A stretch of DNA of 64,000 nt from Halocafeteria seosinensis (Eukaryota), in NCBI GenBank assembly GCA_001687465.1, contig LVLI01000263.1, positions 62,001-126,000 of the forward strand, read 5' to 3'. Positions 36,763 to 48,714 of this stretch are shown here, in pieces (the stretch's first letter is position 1; the number at the start of each line of letters is the position of its first letter). Position numbers and translations under genes: made by a program. A model generated the notes under the pieces. That model made no database searches, was not told the origin of the DNA, and saw only the letters and a list, made by a program, of their open reading frames with translations.

Positions 36763-38739
36763 TTAGTATTCCTCGCCTTCCATTTCACCTTCGCCTTCGG
36801 CGGTTTCGGCACCAATTTCTTCGTAATCCTTCTCCATGGCAGCAAGATCCTCTCTTGCTTCCAAAAATTCACCTTCTTCCATACCCTCACCGACGTACCA
36901 ATGGACGAACGCACGCTTAGAGTACATAAGGTCAAACTTGTGGTCCATACGAGCCAAGACACCGGCGATAGCGGTGGTGTTCGACATCATGCAAACACTT
37001 CGCTGTACCTTGGCCACATCTCCTCCGGGTACAACAGTAGGCGGCTGGTTATTGATACCAACCTTGAAAGCAGTGGGACACCAGTCTACGAATTGGATAG
37101 TACGCTTGCTCTTGATAGTAACAATTGACGCGTTGACATCCTTGGGGACGACGTCTCCTCGGTACATCATACAGCAAGCCATGTACTTCCCGTGGCGGGG
37201 ATCACATTTGACCATCATATTTGCCGGTTCGAAAACACCGTTTGTAATCTCAGCAACGGAAAGGGCCTCGTGGTAGGCCTTCTCAGCGGGGATCACAGGT
37301 GCATACGAGCACAGCGGAAAGTGAATACGTGGATAAGGCACCAAGTTTGTTTGGAACTCGGTCAAGTCCACGTTCAATTGGCCATCGAACCGGAGAGATG
37401 CGGTAATGGAGGAGACACATTGGGCCAACAACCTGTTCAAGTTGGTGTAAGTAGGTCTTTCAATGTCAAGGTTACGACGGCAAATGTCGTAGAGAGCTTC
37501 GTTGTCCACCAAGAAAGCAACATCAGAGTGCTCCAACATTGCGTGGGTACACAACACAGAGTTGTACGGTTCAACGACCACCGTTGAAATCTGTGGGGAT
37601 GGATACACAGCAAACTCAACTTTCGTCTTCTTTCCGTAATCAATACTGAGCCGGTTGAGCAGCAATGATCCAAATCCAGATCCAGTTCCACCACCGAAGG
37701 AGTGGAAGATCATAAACCCTTGCAGACCGGTACAATTGTCTGCCAATTTACGGGTTCTGTCAAGAACCAAGTCGATGACTTCCTTCCCGATGGTGTAGTG
37801 ACCACGCGCATAGTTGTTAGCCGCATCTTCCTTGCCGGAGATCAGCTGTTCTGGATGGTACAGGTTTCTGTATGTTCCAGTTCGGATTTCATCCACACAG
37901 GTAGGTTCCAAGTCCACCATCAAACACCTGGGAACAAATTTTCCGGCTCCTGAAGATATGCAGCAGATGGAAAGATTGAAGTTACTTCGCTACTACAGCA
38001 AGGTAGGTGGACGCTGTGTAACGTACCTGTTTCGGTAAAGAAGGTGTTAAAGCTGTCATCTTCGATAGCAGCTCCTTCCGGTTGTTGTCCATCTGCGCGA
38101 GATCATATGCAAATCAAAGAAACCGATGAAATAGATGTGTATGAAGCAGTAACAGACGGCTTTTGTCTGCATCAGGTTTGGCGCCTTCAAGCTAGACTTG
38201 GCGCGTTAGGTGCATCCCCCCCCCCCCGTCCGCGGTGTTAGAAAGCTCGGTAAGCTGCTAAAAACAAGGTGCCGTATTGCTTGTATCCTCACAACCATCA
38301 TATCACTGAGATAGCCCCATAAAGGTCGCTTAAACGAGCAACGCGCCTTTCAAAAAGTTTCCAAAACAACAAAAAGCCCTCGGGCGAGCTAAGAGGGGAG
38401 TTCACAAGGGGGGTTGCGCCATTGGGGTACATCCCGGTCGCAAGGCTCGGTGTTCACTTACCAGGTTGGATGCCATGCTCCAGACAGAAAAGTTCCCAAC
38501 AAGCGTTACCGACTTGGACACCAGCTTGTCCGAGATGAATAATGCTGCATCGATAACACATAAATTAAGAGTGAAATTTGCTATATAAACCATACGAGTC
38601 GCTCATAGCAAAACGCGCGCTAGTTCGCCCTAACGGTAAGTTCAAAGGGGTATCCCAACCAGGGGCACCACAGGGGGATCCAAAATTCCAAAAAAGGTTG
38701 CCGAGACTTTCAAAAGTCAACTTACATAATTTCACGCAT
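36763..38739 (-). CDS. TUBA: Alpha-tubulin (divergent), 4 exons
   Basis: [35 protein letters not shown]..., [34 protein letters not shown]-terminal EGEEY. Introns approximately 38545-38725, 38093-38461 and 37951-38026. Confidence 0.96.
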
Positions 38740-40229
38740 TTTGATCGATTAAGTTGCCACTAGATGATATACAAAGGTACGAGAGGGGTGAAAAAGGGAT
38801 GAAGAAGTTGGAGATCGCTTTTGGTAAAAAAAAATATAATACGAGCTCTATTAGGAAGCTCTTATATTTTCAAGCAGGGCAATCAAAACGATATCAACTA
38901 AACGCTCTAGCCAACGGAAGGCGACCAGCGTTGAAGTTGAAGCTGGTAAACTTTCCTTTCAGGAAATGCCGCCGCCGAAAAACACAACTTGTTACACAAG
39001 CCTAATACAGAGCAGAAGTTCGATGTGTTGAGGATGATACACGCTTTGGAAGATTGGCTAGATTTGCTCTAAGTAGGGGGACGACAAGCGGCGGCTAGCA
39101 GAGTCGTGCGCCTCTGGTTAGCATGCGACCGTGGAGTGCCGGTCTCAGCAACAAGAATCGCGTCAGACGATTCGCGAACAAGATAAGTGCGAGGAATCCT
39201 CTCTGATGTTTTTGTGGATTGCACGTAGGGATAACTTCGCGTTTTGATCAATTGCAACTTTCTTAGCCTTTTGTCTGGCTTAGTACCATCTGCACCTTGG
39301 GGACACCGAAATTGGTTCGCCTGCGCATGTGGTCAACTTCCCGGCCGGTGGGCTATCTGTCACATTTGTGTGTGTGTGTGCGCTGAACTACTCTGGGTTG
39401 CCCAGTGAGAATTTTGCATAGGGCTTTCAATTTGCGTTTCATGTTTTACTCCTTAACTAGCGCACATACGGGAGTGGAACGCTCACGCACTGAATGGATA
39501 CACCCCGTCTCATGTGGCCACCCAATGAAATAGACATTGACTCGGTTCCGACTCGATTGTGCTTCTCTATTTGAGTAGCGAATACTTCCATTTCGTGGTA
39601 GGGTAGGCTTTTCTCGGTGTGTTGAGGCCCTTGACGAAGCATGTACCAGACTCCGAGTCTCCTAGATGCTCGGAGAGCCAGCGCGTCGTGCCGAGGCAGA
39701 TTGAAGAAACTATTGCTTCTAGCTACAGTGGTCCATGTGGATTGATTGCTCGTCCCACAGCTCACCGACGCGGTTATGTGGAAAGCGGAAGACACACTTT
39801 CGTGCAGCTTGTATTATATTGCAGTTGAGGTGGCGGCAGTATACAACACCATTGGTAGACGTAAATTGACCACATCACAGCTCTCACTCGAAACCCAAGA
39901 CGCTTCTATCGAGGAACTTTAGCAAGCATTCAGGCAGAACAAACCGTGGAAGGCAATAACTGCATTTGCCTAGCGTTATCTCATCTTGGAAACCAAGTAT
40001 GAAAGACTTGCAATCTTGTTCGCTAATGCCTCTTCCGCTTTACGCGTTTGGTACACACGGCGGTCTTCTGCGTTGTGCAGGATAGCCTTGGCTCACACAC
40101 ATTCCCTGTCTGCATTCATTGGGACTGTCCTTTGCCGTTGTGCAATTTCCTCTAGGGAGGAGGGATAAATTGGAATGAAGTATACATCAAATCTGCTGGA
40201 TACACCTTCGGAGCTAACCTCGGTGTACG

Positions 40230-43200
40230 ATGGAGAACTGTCTGGGGTTAGCTACTCACACGGACGACTCGATTCAAGATAAAGAGCAAGGTGCTGTGGG
40301 ATCTACACCCAAGGCTCCCTCTTCAACGTCTTCATCTACTACAATGTCGCAAGAAGACTGTCGTGCTTGGGATGTCGATAGCCACTATACGGGAACTGAT
40401 CCAATGACGCAACCAGCTCTTCCTGCAGCTGGTAATCTTGGAATCGATCTGGCTTTACCAAGTGACAGGAACAATATTGCGTATCCAGGCTCGACAGACT
40501 TCCGTGGTTTTGGCCAGGAGACACCTTTTTCATATGGGGTCTCTCAAACTGAGGAAGGAGACAAACCAGACCAATGGGCTCAATTTCTGGGGGAACGTAA
40601 GGTTTTCACCTCTTCGTGTACTTGCAATGAGCGTCTGGTATTCATTCAAATGATTGGGGTGATAATCTGTTGCAGTTCTTCATGATGAGCGGCCCTCTTC
40701 TGCACCCGCCGTGCAACAGCGACTGAAGCTCAACCAGGCATTTCGTCCTACTGCTCAGGATGACATATACGAAGATGTAAGTGGTCATGCAAGAGACTTC
40801 GGGAGGTGTTTTTCTCAAATGTAATATTTTCCGTTGCTCAGAAGGCTCGGAGGCATCCGACGTACTTCCAGTATTATCAAATAGCCAGAGCAAATAGTTC
40901 TGGGACGTCTGGAAATTGGGACCGATCTCTTCCGGTTTCATTGACGCACCAATTGCGCAACGTGTCGCTTGCCCCCGTAACTGAGGATGTTTCCGATACC
41001 CAAACGAATCAACTTTCAGAAGAGTTGGGGGAAGAGTATATTTTACGCACTGATGGGCTGACGAGCTCTTTAGACTCTTGGACGACGACTACGCCTTGTC
41101 TGGGATACCCCCGTGCCGCTTCATCCCCAAATCCCTCGACTCTGCATTCGAACGCAGTTGCTCGGCATCCAGACTACGCTCATGCTGGCATGCATGAGAT
41201 GCCGATGCATTGTTCACCAGTCTCACAGTATTCTCCGTGGAACCCTAATGGATATCACATGGTGAGTCCTCGTGTTGTCAGTGGATGTATGAATTCATCA
41301 CTTGGTAATATTTGGCCTTCCGCAGCACGCTCACGCAAATCCTCATCAAGTAGCAGCGGGAGACTCTGGTTCGATGCCGAGCATGAACAGTTATCCTCCA
41401 AGATACTTTCCTACATTTGGCCCTACTCCGGACCAAGAAGGGTACGCGGTCCGTCAGCAGCCTCCTCTGCCTCCAGGAGCCCCGCCTCCTGCTCCCGCTC
41501 CCCCAACAGAGCAGCATCATAGTGTGCAAGCGGCTTCTACGTATTACATGAACCACGCTCAGAGGGTCGTTAGCCCTCCTGGTCGGTATGTCGGCATTTC
41601 AGGGAACATGCAATCCCCACTCGACATGGTGTATGCAGCCGTCCAAACATGCGGTATTGACGTTTTACATACCGAACAGCATTACAGTAGTAAAGAAGGT
41701 TGCTCCCCACAATTACTTGGCTCAGAGAGTACCTGGAGTTTGAAACAGTTTGAAAAAGTCCCTTTTCCTCCCACTTATGTGCAAGGAAATGCAGTAGAAT
41801 TTGCATGCGACCAGCTGGGCAGTCGCTATCTACAATATCTGATATGCTTTGGATCGCCGAGCATCCGCAACATGATTTGGGATGAATTGAAGCACTCTGC
41901 GGAGTCTCTTGTTTTAGATCGCTGCGGGAACTATGTGGTTCAGAGGATATTTTTGGAAGGATTTCCTCACCACAAGTACGATTCTTCGATGATAGTTAGA
42001 CCTTTTTCTAATCCATTCTTACCCTCTTTGTTGTGCTTGCAGAACGGAACTTGCACGTACCCTCATGCCTCAAGTGCTTAGCCTATCGCTTAACGCTTTT
42101 GGCTGTCGGGTAATCCAAAAGGCTCTTGAAGGACTTCCAAACTGTAAGTCGCGATGGTGCATGTGTGTATGCTTTTACTGAGGGATGCTGAACGTCCTTT
42201 ACAGTGGAACGAGTAGGACTAATTCGACAAGTTTCTGGGCATGTGCTTGAGTGCATCTTCAATGAACATGGCAATCATGTCATTCAAAGAGCTATTTCAA
42301 CGGTATGCTCCATCTTACGATTTTCGATCAAGTACCTGGGTAAATTCTTGTTTGTTTGTAGCAGGTGAAGGGTTCCGATGTTCAGTTTATTATTGATGCC
42401 GTATCCGAAGCGGCAGACTCTTTGAGCTGTCATATGTACGGTTGCAGGGTAATTCAAAGGATTATGGAGCATTGTGATGTCCAACAAATCTCGCAAGTGT
42501 TAGACAAGATTATGGATCAGGCACTTTCTCTCTCAATGGATCAATTTGGTAATTTTGTAGTTCAACACATTCTGCAATATGGCACAAGCAGACAGAGATA
42601 TACGGTTGTGGAACCTCTTATCGGGCACGCTGTTGCGCTGAGTCGTCACAAATTCGCCTCACACGTAATGGAGAAAGCGCTTTCGGCGACCAATGGAGAA
42701 CAAAGGAAGCGTCTGATCCAGTCGTTTATCGATCCATCTGATCTTCGCGAAAATCCGATCTTCGAATTGATGAACTGTAAATTAGGGAATTTCGTGCTCC
42801 AGAAGGCGCTCACTGTTGCTTCGCAAGGTTCGTAAACTGCGTCTTATTTGTTCCATAACACGTACAAGCACGGACATTCTTCCCCGTTGCAGATCAACAA
42901 AAGTCACTGTTTGCTGTCATTCGACGCTACGCCGACTCAGCAGCTCAGTCCCCATATGGTAAGCACGTCTATGCGAAGATGCAGCAGCTTTTGGGGAGCG
43001 ATGGAGCAAGCGAGTCGGCTATTGATACTAGTGGCTCTAAAGGGGTCTCTCAAGTGCGCCATGAGCGTGGGAAAAACTTCCCTCAGGAGAAGAAAGCCCC
43101 CACGGGAGGCAGTCATGGAAGGGAGGAAGCTCGGAATCGAGGAGGTCGTGGCGAAGGACGAGGCCGTGGCCGTGGTCGTGGACGTGGCAGAGGAGGAGGC

Positions 43201-43239
43201 GGCCGCGCACGTGGAAACAAGCGAGACCCCAATGCGTAG
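40230..43239 (+). CDS. Pumilio/PUF RNA-binding protein with 8 repeats and C-terminal RGG tail (about 8 exons)
   Basis: Repeat cores GSRYLQ, GNYVVQ, GCRVIQ, GNHVIQ, GCRVIQ, GNFVVQ, ASHVME, GNFVLQ; terminal YGKHV helix; RGGRGEGRGRGRGRGRGRGGGG. Confidence 0.93.
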
Positions 43240-43465
43240 AGTCACACTATTAGGGTCCATGGATCGAACCCAGTAGTTCATGCCTGCACATGTGAAGCCG
43301 AGCTTCACAAAGCGTCATGTCAATGTCATGCATTTTATGTTATATTGCGAGTAGTACTAGTACCTAGTACCGCCACTCGAGTCTCGATGGTTTGTAAAGA
43401 TAAGAATGTAAACAGTCTTCGTGTGGCTCCTATGTTGTGTAGTGTATGATAGTAACCGTGCCTCG

Positions 43466-45802
43466 ATGAGCAAGCGAGGGAGAGACGATGGACGAGCCTC
43501 CGGCTCATCCTCCTCCAGTGCCTCTCGTACTCAGTACGCTATACTCAGGCCGTGGATCGCTACAGTACACAAAATGCTGCGCAGTAAAGAATCTTCATCC
43601 ATCGGGAGAATGGATGCAGATGCTCTAGTGCGTAAGGTGAAGCACCCTAAGAAGCTCAATGGCGACTCAGTAATCCCCAGTGGACATAATTGCCCTGTAC
43701 AGTATTTTCAGTCCCTGGCACCCGAATATTCGACGTTCTATAAGTGCCACTCGTGCAATATGGACAGAGTATGTGCGTTCTGTGTGCAGCACTGCCATCA
43801 GCAACATGTTATCACATTGGATTCCTCCCGAGAAGATACCTGTGACTGTGGGATACTGCACCACCCGGGCCCAGAACTCTCAGGACTTAAGCATGGCAGA
43901 GTCAAAGCCATTCACCGAAACGCAACGAGGATCACGATTGGGATGGTAAACTTACTCTTCTCTCTAAGGTGGAACGAAAACGATCACCTGACTACATTAG
44001 TCGATCAAATGACCTGGCAAGGGCACATCACTGTGGCGGCGGTTCTCAGCCTGATCCGGCGATTGGTGGGAGACACGCTACCTTCCCCGAATTTGACACC
44101 TCTGGTGACGCAATTGCGAAACAGCAAGATTCTTAGGTGCTCTAAAGCCGGATCTGAAAACGCTCAAGCTTCCTGCCGCCATCCTTGGATGCATATTGTG
44201 TTTGTACTGATGGCTCATTGCGGGAAGATGCAACAGTGGGGAAAATTCAGTCTCGGAAACGGTACATCATTTGATCCGATAATTTTGTGTGCTCTCTCGA
44301 AGTATGGAGGTAAGATTGATAGTACTCCCGACACCCAGGGAATATCTATGCGGCAATGCGCTAAGTGGCCTCCTGCACCACTCGTTGCCACTGAACACCC
44401 GATCAAGACTGGCGAGGTTCTAGAATTCACAGTACAGCGAATATTGGAGGATAAGGCTGATTTTGACATGCTGGATAAGTATAATAATTGCTATCCCACT
44501 TTATTCAAGACTTCAATTTCGAGCAATGGAGATGATTACCGTAAGACTGCGGGACATGGTCCACCAGCTTCAGTAGAGTCCCAATCTCAAAGTGCTAGCA
44601 GCGGGGCCGAGGGAGATGAAATCGACCTTTACGAGCAGCTTTTGGGAGATGTTGCCGATGAGGATACACAAGATCAGCAAGCCTCTGATGATCGAAAGGA
44701 GATACCTCCAGGCGTCCACGGAGGAAATGAAACTGGCACACCCATTAGCAGCTTCACGATGGAACCGTTTAGCGAAGTTGCTCTGCGAAACAATTCATCA
44801 GGAAGTACATTGGTGATATCTTCCAGGGAAGATCTTGAAAAATTGGGTGGTTTTTTGTTCGAAAGGGTTTACTACTCTGCCCCTCATTCATTTGTAGCCT
44901 CAGTTTTCTTTCGTGTTGATGGAGAATCCATGTCCGTTGTATCTTTCTCATTTGAAGAGGTGAACATATCTATTGACGTAGTCCAGCTTGTCCAGGAGAA
45001 GCTTGCACGGGAAAACAGAACTACGTCAGCAGTTCCGAATAAATCCGATACTGGCAGTTTGACAGAGAGCGTTCTACAACCGCTTGCTTCCTTTTTCCTG
45101 GCACCGTCAGTGATTAAAGTCGGATATGGTATCAAACGGTCTCTGCTAGTCCTTGAGGAGGCGTTTGGACTTTATTTGGTCAATGTGTTTGATGTTTTGA
45201 GCGCCTGCTATACCCTGAACTGGCGTTCCGAAACGAGCCACTTGGGCTATTTGATACCCTACTTTTTTAATGTTGACTCTCTATCAGGCCCTTGGCAACA
45301 GTTTCTCACCACCGTGGACCGGGATACATTCGTTTGTGGCATTTCTGCAGAGGGTACATCTGAGGATACAAAATCGTCAAGTGAAGAACTCTACTTCTGT
45401 AGTTTGTTGGCTAGGATCCTCCACCCATTAGGTGAATCAATGTGGACGCGTCTAGTACATGAGGATGTTTTTCCGCGTAAAGTGCGTTCCAGAGAACACA
45501 TGGAAGAATTATATGGTTACTATGGCGTCTCAGAGGAAGAGAAAGTTTCCAACTGCGAGGTATGGCCCGGCGTGAAAATGCGGTACAGTATTGGGGAAAC
45601 GGCGAAGTCCTCCAGCGGTACCATCTATGAGGCTCTCATACGGAGTCACCTCCAAGTCCTCAACCTTAGCAGAGACCAGGATGACATCTGTAAGGGACCC
45701 GTTTTCATACCACCATGGTATAGTGTCTGCAAAAATTGCCATCGACGTGGTCATTTCCATGTCGATTGTCCTTCTCTACAAGGACTTTTTGGGAGCTATT
45801 AA
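43466..45802 (+). CDS. Intronless protein: UBR-type zinc finger + degenerate RRP6/RNase D-like 3'-5' exonuclease domain + CCHC zinc knuckle
   Basis: FYKCHSC....VCAFCVQHCHQQH.........CDCG (UBR-box pattern); LQPLASFFLAPSVIKVGYG....LEEAFGLYLVNVFD (RNase D/RRP6 core); CKNCHRRGHFHVDC (CX2CX4HX4C). Confidence 0.75.
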   Translation: MSKRGRDDGRASGSSSSSASRTQYAILRPWIATVHKMLRSKESSSIGRMDADALVRKVKHPKKLNGDSVIPSGHNCPVQYFQSLAPEYSTFYKCHSCNMDRVCAFCVQHCHQQHVITLDSSREDTCDCGILHHPGPELSGLKHGRVKAIHRNATRITIGMVNLLFSLRWNENDHLTTLVDQMTWQGHITVAAVLSLIRRLVGDTLPSPNLTPLVTQLRNSKILRCSKAGSENAQASCRHPWMHIVFVLMAHCGKMQQWGKFSLGNGTSFDPIILCALSKYGGKIDSTPDTQGISMRQCAKWPPAPLVATEHPIKTGEVLEFTVQRILEDKADFDMLDKYNNCYPTLFKTSISSNGDDYRKTAGHGPPASVESQSQSASSGAEGDEIDLYEQLLGDVADEDTQDQQASDDRKEIPPGVHGGNETGTPISSFTMEPFSEVALRNNSSGSTLVISSREDLEKLGGFLFERVYYSAPHSFVASVFFRVDGESMSVVSFSFEEVNISIDVVQLVQEKLARENRTTSAVPNKSDTGSLTESVLQPLASFFLAPSVIKVGYGIKRSLLVLEEAFGLYLVNVFDVLSACYTLNWRSETSHLGYLIPYFFNVDSLSGPWQQFLTTVDRDTFVCGISAEGTSEDTKSSSEELYFCSLLARILHPLGESMWTRLVHEDVFPRKVRSREHMEELYGYYGVSEEEKVSNCEVWPGVKMRYSIGETAKSSSGTIYEALIRSHLQVLNLSRDQDDICKGPVFIPPWYSVCKNCHRRGHFHVDCPSLQGLFGSY

Positions 45803-45870
45803 GAGGGACTTCTAGCGAAGGTTACGACTGTACCTCTAGTGTATCAAGATGTCCATTATTCTCTTATATT

Positions 45871-47919
45871 CTACATTCTGTTAAAAGCTCCGGGAACTCC
45901 GGAGTTATAGTTCGGGTTATGTCCCGGTGCACCGGGCTGTTGCTGGTACATGCCGTATCCCGTCTGATAGGGAGGCATTCCGAAGGAGTTCCAACCGGTC
46001 GGCTGTTGTTGTCCCTCTGCTGCACCGTTTATAATGTTCATTCCTTGAACTCCGCCATTTAAATCCACACTGTTGAGTGCCTGAGGAAGCTTCGAAATGT
46101 CCCCCGTGCCAGTCGCTGTCCACGCGCTATGATTAGCGGCAGATGGGTCCGTCACACCAATCGCTGCAGGGGTGAATGTTTCAGCACCAAGGCCAAACTT
46201 TCTAGAGTCAGCATTACCGGCAAAGCTGTTCGGTACTCCGATTTGGGAGGCAGGGACAGAACGTTCCTTTGAGCTATTTGCAGACGCCAAGTCTGCGACA
46301 GGTGCTTTTCTGGAAGCTTCCTTCGACTGATTTCCCATATTTCTCTGTAGCCCCTGAAGCTGGTAGTTCAAAGAATCTATTAAAATTCGGCTCCCCCATT
46401 GGATTGGGTCTCCACTGTCGACGCTCGTCCCAACCGGAGTCGTCAATGTCGACGGTAACGAGAAAGATATATTACCCAAAGGGGCGGTGAGCGGGCTAAA
46501 ATCTTCAGTGTAATTCCCCGACAACGCAAGAGCAGTTAATCTGGAACGCTTACTCAAGAGCTCACCGGGCGCAACTACTACTTCCCCGTCTGCTTCAGAA
46601 CCACTATCCGGACTTGAAGAAAGGACAGCATCGTCCCGACTAGGAATTTGCTGAAATCGAGAATTTGCTTGCTGTTGTCTGAAGTTTTCAGATCGCTGTT
46701 GAAGTATCGCATTCGTCGCTTGCCTATCATCTAGCTCGCCATACTGTCCTTCACTACTCCCATTTCCGTAGTCAACCACTTTTATCGGGGCCGGAAAAAC
46801 AGCACGAGGTTTCCCGTTCTTTTCGATAACTTTTGCTCCTTCAGGAATACCAGGGTGTGCAATTTGTTGGAAGTTTTTACCGGCCTGCATTTCCTCCTTT
46901 GTAAACGATGGAGCAACTTCATCGACGTGATGTAAGTACAAACACTCAGGATTGTGACATGGTCTTCCTTGTAAGAACTGGTGACAATACTTTGTGGTTC
47001 CATACATCGCCCTGCAATAGTGCCTGATGGTTAAGCATTTGTACTAAAAACAGGGAAAAAGCACAACGTACTTAATGACCCGGCCATTGTACGTAAAACC
47101 ATCGAGAGCCCTGATAGCACATTCAGCATCTTCCCTGCATGTGAAAGTGATATAGGCACATGCACTATCGGGCCTTCCTGTACTTTCCCCTATCTTCCTG
47201 TTGACGACAATTTTTTTGATTTTGCCGTACTGTCCAAAGTATTCAGGTCTTCTCAGTAGCTGCAGTCGAGAACAGGACGTCACAACAAAATGGACACCTA
47301 AAACCACGCTACGAAAATGTTTTGCTTACAGATTCCCTCGCAATACTCATCGGCAATCCCACTACGTATACCAGGTTCTTCTGTAGCACTCGAACACCTC
47401 TTAAACGCGCTCTGTCCGCGGGCGGTATTGTTCGTGCCACGCTGGCACCTGTATTCGATTTCCTCTGTGGATCTCCCTGATTAACGCCAGAGGTTCTCTC
47501 ACTGTGACATATCGCGGGCGTAAACGATATGCAAACGTTAATACAGTCCCACCACTACGCGAGACTTACCCGGCTGCTGTACTGTCTCCGTTTAGGGATG
47601 ACATATCCTCAGAACCACTGCCGTTCAGTCCACTACTACCGTCAGCATTCATCGCTTCCATCTCCGAGGGATCTTTGAATTGAGGGTTCTCCGAGTATAT
47701 CTCCCTACATGCCGGGCACCGGCTATTGCCTTCTTCTCTTATTCTCTTCCAACAAAACATGCATACTTGGTACCCACATTGGCAGGGGAAGAACCGTCTG
47801 TCCTGTTCATCCCACGCCTCACAACATATCGGGCATACTTCCGAGTCACCTTGTATCTGTTTGTTGGTGATATTCACCAGCTCCTTGGCAATCGTAGCGC
47901 TACTCGCAGCTGTGACCAT
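45871..47919 (-). CDS. CNOT4: CCR4-NOT E3 ligase subunit NOT4 (C4C4 RING, RRM, CCCH), 4 exons
   Basis: CPICC..D..FFPCQCGYQVCMFCW......RCPACR; RVLQKNLVYVVGL; EYFGQYGKIKKIVVN; GTTKYCHQFLQG..CHNPECLYLH. Confidence 0.95.
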
Positions 47920-48714
47920 GGTTCACTGTCTGTCTGTCGAAGTGCAACAATGTCTCTGCCCCTGTTCACTTCTACTATCCAAGAGTCACCTGCACACGCA
48001 GTTTCATCATAAGCCAAACATGAAAGTAAGGAGGCACAAAAGTGAATATACCATCTAGAACATGTGATAGACCGAGTTTTTGCGCCCCACTATAAACCCC
48101 ACAAACTCGTTGTCAAGGACTCATCCATACAAGCGGTCATTTCATACAAGCATTACCTCCTATGTTAGACCTTCCCACAGTCATTTATCCCAAGTTTTCC
48201 ACAGCATACCAACGGAATGCCCTTTCTTGCAGGCTCCCGATGTCTCAACTCGCCCTCCCCCTTGGCCTTCCCCCGGAAATATTTTTTGTAGTTTTATCCC
48301 TAATCCCAACTTCTTAAGAACTGCAAGACACTCCTGAAGGGGGGCATTACGTACCTTTACCACATATATCTGTGTCCACAGGTAGGTGGGGGATATACAA
48401 TACTATCCCATCTGTCAGTCTGATCTGGGTAGGTTCACGCCCTGCGAGAACTATCGCCACAAACATGGCTGGGGTCCAATCGTCCCGGCACCTCGGACGG
48501 TGCAAAGTTGAAGTTACGAGTTCAACGACGGACGAAGAACTGCGAGACACAGTAAAGCGCTGCAAGTAGTTAGTTAGTTAGTTGTCCGGGTTGATCGTTG
48601 AATCGAGTTCGCGTAAGCAACTCGGAGGGTGTCTCATCTTGTTCGTCAGGGTTTGAATGGACAGTGGACTGCAGCAGCAGATTTGTGTGGCGTGTCTGGG
48701 AACATAACATCGCA

